Under the pieces are notes generated by a model that did no database searches, was not told the DNA's origin, and worked only from the letters and a program-made list of their open reading frames with translations. Below, in pieces: positions 1 through 10,600 of a DNA stretch of 30,079 nt. The stretch covers positions 1-30,079 of IMG/VR virus record IMGVR_UViG_3300005645_000004; one strand, 5' to 3'. This DNA is from a virus. Taxonomy: Duplodnaviria > Caudoviricetes. Each line of letters begins with the position of its first letter. Positions within the stretch are counted from its first letter, which is position 1. The translations under genes and the position numbers were made by a program.

Positions 1-861
1 GTAACTACCACTAGTACCGCGGTAGCCACTGGGCGGAATATCTAAACCAGAATCACTAAAATGTGCGTCCTGCCTCAATCCTCCAGCATAATCAGTCCAA
101 CTTTGGGCGGCAACATCATTGGCCATATCACTGCCTTCGCTGTATCCCAACCAACCTGTGGTAGATTCATCATACAGAAATACAGTACAATCACTTTCAG
201 AATTATCATTACATATCTGGCGCTCAAGTTTTGTCCACTCGTAATGGGAAGGTATATGCCAGCCGTCCGGGCATATCCCCTGAACCGGATTTGTACATTC
301 AGGCTGGGAAGAACCTGTTCCATTACAAGAAGAAGCTCCATTCATTGCTGCTGACCACTGATACAACATTCCCAGGGTAGTAGCGGCCGAGCAGTCCTCT
401 CCATTGTTGGTGCTGTTAGGCGGACAACTATACTGTGCTTGGTCAGTATCCCAGCCACTACCACCGTGAGTAGCATCTCCTTTGGTAATTGAGCTTTCGT
501 TTGGATATTTTGTAGTCCGCATATTTTCTACCGTCCAGCACTGGTCCCCGATTAAAACTGTATTATAGGTGTTTCCATCCACATCATCGACCGTATCTGT
601 TCCACAAACCCAAACATAAGTTGCCAGCTGGCCGTGATGTCCCAGGCCACTGGCATCATATGCGATACTGCCAGAACCCTCGTCAAAATTCCAGTAGCCC
701 ATCAGTTTCAAAGTGGTAGTGTCTTGAGGGACAGAACCTCCCCCTCCAAACCAACCATTAAGCGCCCCAACCGTACTGATTGAAGCCAAAACCGCAACCG
801 CCACCACGCCTATAATGGCGTATCCTCGTTTCCTTTTTTTCTTCTTATTTTTTTTCCTCAT
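1..861 (-). CDS. Membrane-anchored FISUMP (Fibrobacter succinogenes major paralogous domain, Fib_succ_major) surface protein; 3' end runs off the window
   Basis: Not in the ORF track because no stop lies in the window. Manual translation from ATG 861 is open for 287 codons: MRKKNKKKKRKRGYAIIGVVAVAVLASISTVGAL (basic stretch plus TM helix), a short LamG-like start (LMGYWNFDEGSGSIAYDASG), then FISUMP motifs DVDGNTYNTVLIGDQCWTVENMR, GMLYQWSAAM, QGICPDGWHIPSHYEWTKL and SGLDIPPSGYR. Confidence 0.88.
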   Translation of the reverse strand, partial: MRKKNKKKKRKRGYAIIGVVAVAVLASISTVGALNGWFGGGGSVPQDTTTLKLMGYWNFDEGSGSIAYDASGLGHHGQLATYVWVCGTDTVDDVDGNTYNTVLIGDQCWTVENMRTTKYPNESSITKGDATHGGSGWDTDQAQYSCPPNSTNNGEDCSAATTLGMLYQWSAAMNGASSCNGTGSSQPECTNPVQGICPDGWHIPSHYEWTKLERQICNDNSESDCTVFLYDESTTGWLGYSEGSDMANDVAAQSWTDYAGGLRQDAHFSDSGLDIPPSGYRGTSGSY

Positions 862-995
862 AGTTTAAAAGCCGCCACCGACCCCAGAGTAGCCAACATC
901 ACCCCCATCACAAATCCCAGCATCACCCAAGCAAACTTTACCCATAGAGAAGCGTCGTTATTTTCCATTTTTTGCTTATTTATCTTTTCCTGCAT
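858..995 (-). CDS. Small single-TM membrane protein (45 aa)
   Basis: MQEKINKQKMENNDASLWVKFAWVMLGFVMGVMLATLGSVAAFKL*; its TGA overlaps the ATG of the FISUMP gene (ATGA coupling at 858-861). Confidence 0.7.
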   Translation of the reverse strand: MQEKINKQKMENNDASLWVKFAWVMLGFVMGVMLATLGSVAAFKL

Positions 996-997
996 TT

Positions 998-1153
<156 letters not shown>

Positions 1154-1160
1154 CTTATTT

Positions 1161-1188
1161 ATTATATAATATCAAATTTTTGATGCAA
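1161..1188 (-). promoter_or_regulatory. Sigma70-type promoter, probably giving a leaderless transcript
   Basis: TTGCAT (1188-1183), 16-nt spacer, TATAAT (1166-1161), then 7 nt to the ATG at 1153. Confidence 0.65.
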
Positions 1189-1260
1189 GCGAGCGGGAAA
1201 ATTAGTTTTCCACAGCTTATTGAATTATAGAACATTTTTTGATAAAGCAAAAGATGCTGA

Positions 1261-1291
1261 CAAAACGAAAATCCGAGAAAAACTCTCGGGT
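1261..1291 (-). terminator. Candidate terminator of the phage late operon
   Basis: ccgaga (1273-1278) / tctcgg (1284-1289) stem followed on the minus strand by AUUUUCGUUUUG, about 100 nt downstream of the holin-like gene. Confidence 0.45.
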
Positions 1292-1393
1292 AAAAAATTG
1301 CAGGTTATAGTATTGTCAAGGAAGGCACGAAATTTTTACTTATTTCAGGAAATGCTCAAATGTCCTATCGCCTCCTATCGGGACGACTCTTTT

Positions 1394-1633
1394 TTATTTT
1401 GTATTGTTTTTCTCAAGGAATCTCAAAAGTTGTTCTATCATATCTGCTAATCTAACCTGGGCCTGCTCTAATTTATTCTTTGCCTCGGTATCTGTATGAA
1501 GGTGGTTTTTAATGACTTCGGTAAAATTGTCTTCCTGCCTTTTTAAAAATTTCAAAAATTCCTTAACTACAATTACTAAGGCCACAATCGCTATACCGCC
1601 AACGCCTAATTGAATAAAATCAACTAAATTCAT
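1394..1633 (-). CDS. Holin-like small membrane protein (BhlA/UviB-like layout)
   Basis: 79 aa, one N-terminal TM helix (LGVGGIAIVALVIVV) then a charged coiled coil; last gene of the virion operon. Confidence 0.55.
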   Translation of the reverse strand: MNLVDFIQLGVGGIAIVALVIVVKEFLKFLKRQEDNFTEVIKNHLHTDTEAKNKLEQAQVRLADMIEQLLRFLEKNNTK

Positions 1634-1634
1634 A

Positions 1635-4600
1635 TTATTCCATTCTCAATCTTCTCTCCAAGCTGGTGGCTTCTTTCTGTTTCTTTTCAGTTTCAAACCA
1701 CCTTTCTATATCCTCGTAAGATATAGTAATTTGTTTGAGATTAGATTGATACTGCTTTTTAGTCATTATTTTTGATAACCCCGCTTTGACCACAAGCTCA
1801 TTAAATCTTTTTTGAGCTTCTTTATTGTAATTTGCTATCGTTTGATATAGCTTTTGGTCTTTTTTGACCTCGGCCCAGGTTTTGTATTTTTTATCCTTAA
1901 TATAATCCATAGTCTTTTCTTTCATTTTTAAATAATCGCTTTTTCTTCTTGATTCGCCCACATACTCATCCCAAGTGGTATATTCCCAAGGCATTAGCTT
2001 GCTTAATTCTTCCTGATATTCTCTATATTTTTGAGCCTGGGTAGTTTGAGTGCCCATCAGCAGTCTCTTAAATGCCTCTCCCACCGAGACTCTTTCTCTC
2101 ATTTTGCCGGTAGGAGAATAGGTGGCTCCAGTTTGAAGAGCTTTTATAAAATCAGCGGTTCTTTGAACCTGAATTCCGGCTGGCGGGAAATACTGCAGGG
2201 GCTTTGTAAATTCCCTCCTAGCGCCCTCCAGGTTGCCCTGAACGATTTTGATTAGGGCAGAGGAGGTTTTATACAGATCCCTGCCCACCGGCCACTCTTG
2301 AGGATTGGTAGCCGTTCTCCAAAGAGCCACGGGAAGCCATCTGTAAGCAACTATTTCCTTTCTAATCTTTTGACCGCCGAAAAGAAACAAAGGAATAGCC
2401 AATAACAAATATTTTACCCATTTTACTAATCCCGGGTTTCTAATCTGGGCATTCAACTGCTTGGGATTTCTTTTGTAATATTCTATCGCTTCTTTACACC
2501 AATCAGCATAAAGCTCCATTTCGGTCAGCATCCACTGCTTAAATTGATAAGCCGGCCTTCCTATCGCGGTTTGAGCGGCCAATGGACTTTGAGCTTTCCC
2601 ATAAAGTCCCTGGGTTCTTCCTATCCCTCTTCTTGTTTTTGAAAGAGTCTCTTCGCTTAATTTCCCACTCATAAATTCTGATTTAGGAATTCTTCCTAAG
2701 GCATTAGATCCTCTTAAAATAAACTCTCCGCCTTGCATAATTATAAAAAGGCTTCTTTCTGCTTTTGTAAGATTTTCCCAAACTCCTCCTACCGGTTCAG
2801 TCATAATTGCCTGCTGGGCAAAGCCGTAATCTCGAATAATCTGTCTTCCCTGTCTTGTAAATAAACGTCTGTGTCCCTTCAAAAATGCTTCAAGGGGCAT
2901 ATCAGCAAAGTTGTTCAATGTCCCGCCAATAATATTCACCACCCCCGAACCGAAGTTAAGCCCCAATAATCTCATATATTCAAGCCGAACCAAGAAATTA
3001 GATATACTGTGAGCCCTTCTTCCCCACCTAAAATCAATAGGCCTGCCTTTAACGGTTTTTATGTAATCTCCTACCCACCTTCGAAGATTAGGAGGTAGAA
3101 ATTTTCTCATTTTGTTAATCTCTGGAAGCACAGGATCAAAATTCTTTTTGAAGAAATAAACTCTGGCATAGGCTCCGGCTGATTTCATTATTCTTTTGCT
3201 ATAGGGGCCACCTTCTCTGGGTAAAGCAAAAGGGTTAAACTTCTCATTAGCAATTATAAATTCCAAATTAGCCAGAATGTCGGGCGGAATAATTTCTTCT
3301 TTTCTAATGGGATTGATTATTTCTTTTAAGGCTTGCTGGAGGCCGACTTTTTCAATTCTTTCAGTAAAACTTGGTTTAGTGTGGGTAATATAACCCTTTC
3401 TTATCTGCAGGGGTTTCATTATCGGCAGAGTGTCAAAGAAGAATTTTTTAAGGAACTCGGCTAATTTTCGTGTTTGGGAAGTAATTTCTGGAGGAGCAAT
3501 TTCAGGCTTAGCTTCGCCCTCAATATACTGAAAGGCTTTTATTTCAGCATCTTTTTCGCTTTTCTTGGCTGATTTAGTTAATTCTCTTAATTCTTTAAGA
3601 AAAGCTCTTTCTTCTCTTTCCATTTTTTCTTCGGCTGAAGAAACTTTATCGTAAATCTTTTCTCTCATTGGCGTTCCTTCTAATACTTTTCTAATTTGAC
3701 GAAGCTTGGGTAAAATATAGCCGATATCCGGCTCGCGAAGGTTGACCAAAACATTGCCGGTAGTTATGGCTTTTCTACTTGAAAGAGAGGGCGGAATAAA
3801 ATCAGCCATTGCTCTTAGAGTTTCTTCATCAACTAATTTTATTTTTCCAAACCGACTCGGGGTTAATTGTAAAAGCTCTTCTCTTAATTGGTCGGCCTGT
3901 GGTTCAGTTAATTCCTCCACCTTTGTTCTTTTTCTTCCAGTAAAGCTGTTTCTTAACTGGGCAGAGATATGAGGAGGAATCTTCTTTGTCTCTATAACTT
4001 TTTGAATTACTTCCACCTGCTCCGGGGTGGCAAATCCCTTGCCTAAATATTTAACAAATTTCTTCCCTGGTTTTTCCTCCTCACCCTTTGTTTTGAAATA
4101 CCCCCTGCCTTTTAATTTCTTTACTGCTCCAATAAGTCTCTTTGGTATTTTTTCTCCTTTTTCTAAAACATCTATTACTTCCCTTTCTTCCGAAGTAAGG
4201 GCTTCATATTCAGCTCCTTTTTCGCCAAGAAGCCGGTAGAATTTGGGCTTTCCTTTTATTTTCGGCTCGGCTCTCTCTATACCCAGTTCCCCCCTTCTTT
4301 TTAAACTTACTTGCGGTTTTGTGCCCACTATATCCAGCAGTTCAATTCCGGCCCCTTTTTCTCCCAATTTATCTGCAATGGCCTGAAAAGAGGCAACGTT
4401 TTTTCTTCCGGCCACAGTTTCATCTAAAACCAAATTAGTAGTTAAAATTACGCTGACCGCATTGTTGAGGGCTGCGTTTTTTATAATCTTATTGGCTATT
4501 TTTTCGGGATTTCTAATGGAAAGGGTGACAACATTAACTCCATTTATTTTGTTTCTGGCGCTTAAGTTTACTGCCAGAATGGCCGGAACTTCGTCGTTCA

Positions 4601-7600
4601 GAATTAAGGAAGCAATATCCGCCACCTCAAGATCGTTGCTGACTGTTTTATTTAATTTTTCGGGCAGGTTTTTAATTCTCTGTTCCACTTCCACCATCTT
4701 TATTTTTATTCTTTCTTTCGCTTCCGGCGGCAGAGGTTTTTTCTCCCAGGCCTTCATATCTTTTGAAGAAATGGCTGTGGGATACATATATCCATAATCA
4801 ACTGTATTCATTATTATATGCCCCTGAGGTTCGACTCCCATTCCTTTTATAACGTTTTCTATTCTCCTGGTTATCAATAAGTCGTCTTCGGATGGCTCTA
4901 CTTCTCCCGAGGGATGATTGTGAATAAGGTAAACTTTTTTGGCCTTTGACAGAGTGATTGACTTTATCACTCCTTCGGGATGAACCAAGCTGGCATTGAT
5001 GGTCCCGGTAAAAAGATTTTCGATATTTATAATTTTGTTATTTTTGTCCAAGTTAACCACAAAAAACTTCTCCCGATCGCTGTTTTTCAATTCCCTGAAC
5101 ATATCTGCCACGTCGTCCGGCCCCTCGACTTTCTGATCCCTGGCGTAAAAATATCCTTTTTCTTTTAACTGCAAAGTGACAAAAGAGGCGCTTCTTTTCA
5201 GATAAGGTTTGCCATAAGCTTCGGCCACTGTCTTTTTAATATATTCCGCCTCTTTGTCTCTGATTTCTGGGGTATAAATAGCCTTGCCCAAATCTTTAAC
5301 AAATTTTACTCCCGCAGGCTCTGCGGTTTCGAGAAAAACTGCCGGGTTTTGCAGTTCTCCCAATAAACCATTAATCTTGTCGGCTTGGGCGTTTTTCAAA
5401 AAATCTTCTAAAAAGTTTCTGTTAAATGTATTCTCCCCATTTTTAATAGGCATTACGATGTACAAGTCTTTTTCTTTGGCCGGCGGCGAAACTTTTTCTT
5501 TTATCTCGGCCGGAATTTCTCTCTCAAAGACTTCTTTTTTATCATTAACCGTTCTCTCGGTCTTTATTTTCAATATACCTTTCCCTTTATCGGGCAGTAA
5601 TTGAATCTCGTTTGTCGGCGGAACATAAGCTTTAGCTTCCTGAATTATGTCTAAAAATTCCAGCCTGTTCACCCCAAAAGAAATCGGCATAGGCTTATCA
5701 GGAATTATTGGCTTATAATCGGGATATTCTCCTTCTATTAGTCGGCTTAAAAATTTGAATTTGCCGAACTCTATTTCTATTTGAACGTCATCTGTCTTAA
5801 TATTTATATCCTCCGGCCTGACTTTATCTAAAATTTTGGCAAGCAATTTGGCCGAATTACCCGGAAGCATAAAACTAAATTCTTTAAGAGGTTTCCCCGG
5901 CAAAACATTCTGCCAAAGCCTGAAACTGTCAGTGGAAGCAAGAACCAACCCCTCGGGCGCTGTTTTAAATAGAATTGCGGTTAATTCCGGACGATAACCT
6001 TCTTTAGTAACCGAAGAGAGCGCCTTTTTAAGAACTTCCGGCGGCAGGGAGAAAGAAGTTGCAACTTTTGGTTTTTTAACTTCGGGGAGCAGAGGAAAAT
6101 CTTGTATGCTTTCGCCGACCCTGGAAACCATCTCATTCGTGATTTCCTCAGGTTTCAGCCACCTTTTGGTTTCGGGCAATTGAAACTCTTTAATATGTAT
6201 GGTCGCCTTTACCCCGGTGTCTTTATCGGCAGTGTAAACCAGGGCCTTCTCTAAGTCGGTGGCCATAAACTTGTTTCCGACAACAGCGATCCTTCCCAAA
6301 ACAGGCAGGCGGCGTTCCTCTTTTGTAATTGGCTGAAAGAAATCTCTGAAAAGCGTCTCTTTCATTTTTTCTTCGGGCACGACCTTTCCTTTCGCAACTT
6401 TCGGCCTTGCCGGTTTCCCCATCATTCTTCTTCCTTTAGTGGTCAACTCAATTTCTTCGGTTATGTATTCCTCCGGCTTTTCGGCTGGCTTGGGCTCGGC
6501 TACCAGCTCTTCTGGCTTCAATTCCGGCACTCCCTCTTTAAGGGCTCTTAAAGTCTTGTTGACATAAACTTCCTGCATTTTCTTTATTTGAGAAACCGTT
6601 GCTGTTTTATACCTTATTAAATATTCTCTGGCCAAGGGCGTTAAGACTTCTTTCAACTGCGGGGCGGTAAACACTTCGGCGCCCCTATCCAAATATTCGC
6701 TTTTCGTAACTTGCCTCTCGAATTCTTCTGCAGTGGTAATCTCCGGCAGTCGTTCTTCGTAAAGCTCTTTGAGCCAATTCCTCAAACTGCCCTTATAACT
6801 TAAAGCCTCGGCCATATCATCGATTTCTATTTTTGAATGCTCGTTAAGAATTGAAATGCGGCCGGCTGTTTTTACTGTTTCTTCTGGGTCAAACTCTGGG
6901 CCGAATTTCTTTTTAGCGTGTTCGAGCAGATTTTTTGCCGTTTCGTTCATCTTTCTGATTTCAAAAACTTCTTTGGGAATCGGCTCTGGTTTCTCTGCTT
7001 TTATTTTTCTAAACTCAAAATTAAAATTATGTTTTATAGGAAGCCCGGTCACGTCATCTTTCACGATGACAAAATCTTTCCCCCTTTCTAGCACTTCCCC
7101 GGTCCTTAAAAATTTTCCTGCTTCGTTATACACCTCTACCCGATCGCCGACTTGTAAATCTAAAGCAGGCGCGATCTTCCCTTCTTTTTTTGCTGCCTCT
7201 AATTTTGCTTTTGCTCGTAGGCGAGCCGCTTCCACTTCTGCGGAGAATTCCTTAGCTTCCTTGCTTATTATCGGAGTAAAAGATTCTCTTATCTCAGATC
7301 CCGGAATCGTTCGTATTTCGCCTGTGTCTAAATTTTTAATTTTATACCCAAAAGTTAAACCCCAGCCCTCTTTTTCTATATCAGTTATTTGCCATCTATA
7401 ACCAGCGGCATCGGATAATACCATATTTAATTCTGGGATAAATCCCTCTTTCGGCGGTTTAACTTCCGGTTTCAGCACCCCTTCTATCGGTTTAAGCCTC
7501 ACTTCTTTCAATCCATCAACAATTGTTTTTTCGTCAGTTGTTAATTCTTCGTATTTAATGGCGTCGCCGAGAGAATAAGCATCGATCTGTTGAATTCCTT

Positions 7601-10600
7601 TTTCGGTAGTTGTTAACGCCGCCCCATTATCAAAAATATCTTCCACCGTTCCCAGGCCGGGAATTTTCACTACCTTTCCTTTGTTTTTACCTTTGGTAAT
7701 AACTTTAGTTGCCGGAATCTCCATAGATTTAACAATGTCTCCTTTTTCTAAACTGGTCTGCACCCCCCAGCCCGATTGTAATTTTTCCCAGTCTTTTATA
7801 TCTCCATATTTATCGAAATCGGGAAACTGTTCTCCTATTGTCTCTTTGTCCATAAATTCGGGGTCAAATCGATAATGATGGATCTGCGACTTCTCGGCCT
7901 CCTCGGCAGTTAAATAGAACATTCCCGTCATATCAATTGGAGTTCCCTTGCCCGGCTCAACCTCTTCCATCATCCCCTGCTCCCACATTTTTACTGCTAG
8001 ATAATTTAATTCTGCGGGAATAGGTTCGCCGTTTAAGATTTTATAAACCACATATCCTTCTTGGGTTAACGGCTGTTCATAAATAGAAATAGCTCCCTCT
8101 CCCTTCATCTTTTCTCTTGCCTCTTTTAGAGATTCGTACATCTTGGGCTTAACTGCTTCTTCGAGTTTTGCCATTAGTTCTTTTGCTTCCGGTTCTGGTT
8201 TCTCTATTCCCAACGCCTTCCTGCCCTTAGTAGTCAATTCCGGCACTTCCTCCAGTACTTCCTCTGCCTCTGGTGCCTCTGGAGCCTCTGGAGGCCTTCT
8301 TATTGCCTCCCAGAGCCTCCTTGTAGAGCCAAAGGACTCATTGATCATCCTGTGGTCGTAATCCGGCAGATAGGTCATAATCCCTGATTTTTTGGCGAAA
8401 TCTTCATAGGTATCAAATTCTTTGGCCTCTCTAATAAACTGACTGGCAATAGCCTTTTCCACTCCGGCTCCTGTCAAAGCCTCAACGGTTATCTCTTCTG
8501 GTAGCGCTGGTTTAATTTCTGGTGTCGGCCTTTCTTCGGGGGCCGGTTCGACTTCCAGCAGTTCTTTAACTTCTTCTGTTATGTCTGCTTCTTCTGGTTC
8601 AGCTGGTTTGGCTTCCGGCAGTTTTTCTACACCAGCCGCTTTCCAGAAATTCTCTATTGCTGGTTTAGGATAAATTGTTTCCGGAGATGAATTAATCCTT
8701 GTTATTAAATCAACTAATTTTTGTTGCTCTGGTGTTCTGTCTTTACTTTCAACCGCTTCGTGAATTACCGCCCTAAACTCTTCTGGTGTTTTATATTCTC
8801 TCGCAACCTCAGCTAATGGTTTTAGCTCCTCAGCGATAGGTTTCACCTCGGGTGCAACCTCTGGTTTGATTTCTGGTGGTTTAACTTCCGGCGGTTTTAT
8901 TGCCGGCGGTTGCGCTGTCGGCGGCTTTGCGGGAATAATCGCTTTTTCTTTTGTCGGCACAACAATTTCCTTAAATGCTTCTGGCAAAGGTTTTGCTGGG
9001 ATTTTCGGTTTGGGGATTACTTCCGGAGGGACTGGAGCTACTGGAGCTCCTGGGGCCGGGGGTGCATAGACTACTGGAGGAGGGGGTAATCTGGCCTCTA
9101 ATAATGTCGGCCTGATAAAAGCATCAATCTGGGTAACAATGTCCGGAGCTTTTATCATTTGTTCTTGAACAATTGGATTTGGTTCAAGCAGTTTAAAAGA
9201 GATTGGAGCGGGTTCGCCAACCACGCTATTGATATGCTGAATAAGGAATTTTTCCTGGGGAGTTAAAAAATCAGAAAGAGATCTCGTTTCGGTTTTTATG
9301 GGTTTTAAGTTTTTATCAACAACTATATATTGAATGTCTTTTTCATACATTGTCGTTGCCATCAATTTATTTCTAGCGCTTTCGGCTAATTTACCATCAG
9401 GGGTTCCTCTTTGTATTGTTGCCATTACATCTAACTTGTTAATTAAATCAGCCGTGCTTTTTCTTACCGCCGGATCGGTTATTTTAATTCTATTTTCAAA
9501 AATATACCGGCTTTGATTTGATATAACTTGATCCTTATAGGCCCGGGTAACTGCCTTACTATTGATAAATTCAAAAGCAGCAATTAAAGCTCCACTTGTA
9601 GCTATCGCAGGAATGTCCTCTTTTGTAATTTGTTTATTAACAATAAGGGTTTCTAATGTTGTCCAGCCGGAACCCATAAGTCCGGCTAAACCGATTCTCA
9701 CAGGTGCTGTGGGGAAAGCGTGAGCAATAGAAAGGGCTGCTCCCCACCCCACTCCTTTTAGTGTTTCTCCAATCATCTTGGTCGGACTGAATTTTCTTGC
9801 TTCTATCTGATCAGCGGCTTCTTGTAAAAAGTGAATTGTTCCAAAGGTGGCACCTGCTGAAGGGATATAAGATATAATTCGGGTAGCTACTGGGTGAAAA
9901 ACTTTTGTCGTTAAGGCAACCTTTCCCGCAACAAGGGGGGTAAGAGGTGCAAATACTCTGGCAAAAGTTACTATATTAGCTATATCTCCAACAAAACCCC
10001 CAGCCATATCAATAACAGGAAATTCTTTTTTAAGTTCAGCAATTTCCTTTTCTTCCTTGGCAATGTTTTCTAGTGCAGTGCTTTTCATCTTTGCCACCTG
10101 CTCGTCAGTCGGCGTAGGAATTTTCAATTTTCTTCTAATTTTTAAAATTTCTTTTTCTAATTTCTCTTCAAAGGCTTCTATTTTTTCGTCTAACTTAAAT
10201 CGTTTATCAAAAGCTGAATATAATTTTGTGGGGATGAACCTCTCTGAAATTGCCGAAATATATGCCGGAATCGTGGGTTTAACTATAGCCGCTTCTTTTA
10301 CAGCCCCTAACTCCCTCTTTTGTTTTTCCCACCAAGTTTCTGGCGGAGGCGGTGGAATAGCGGGTTTTGTTTCTGGAGGAGGCGGAGTAATTTCTTTTTC
10401 TTTTGCTCCTAAAAGTTTAGCGAGGCCAGTTGCTAATGCCCCTTCTGCGGGGTATAATCCTGCGGGATATAATCCGACAGATGGTTTTAATATTCCACCT
10501 AATTTTCTCCAAAACGAAGGCTTCTCCTCTTCCGGAGGCTTTATTGGTTCAATGGCTTTAGGTTTGTATATCTTAACCGTCTTCGGCTTCTCGCCTTTTA

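Noticed and set aside
61-354. Track ORFs 61..354 (+) and 75..341 (-)
   Set aside because: Shadow frames of the FISUMP gene, which occupies 1-861 on the minus strand in another frame.
834-855. A7 and A8 runs at the start of the FISUMP gene as a second phase-variation site
   Set aside because: Short, and explained by Lys codons of the basic N-terminus in an AT-rich genome.
1220-1450. 76-aa plus-strand ORF
   Set aside because: TTG start, overlaps the holin-like gene antisense and spans a likely terminator; no recognisable motif.
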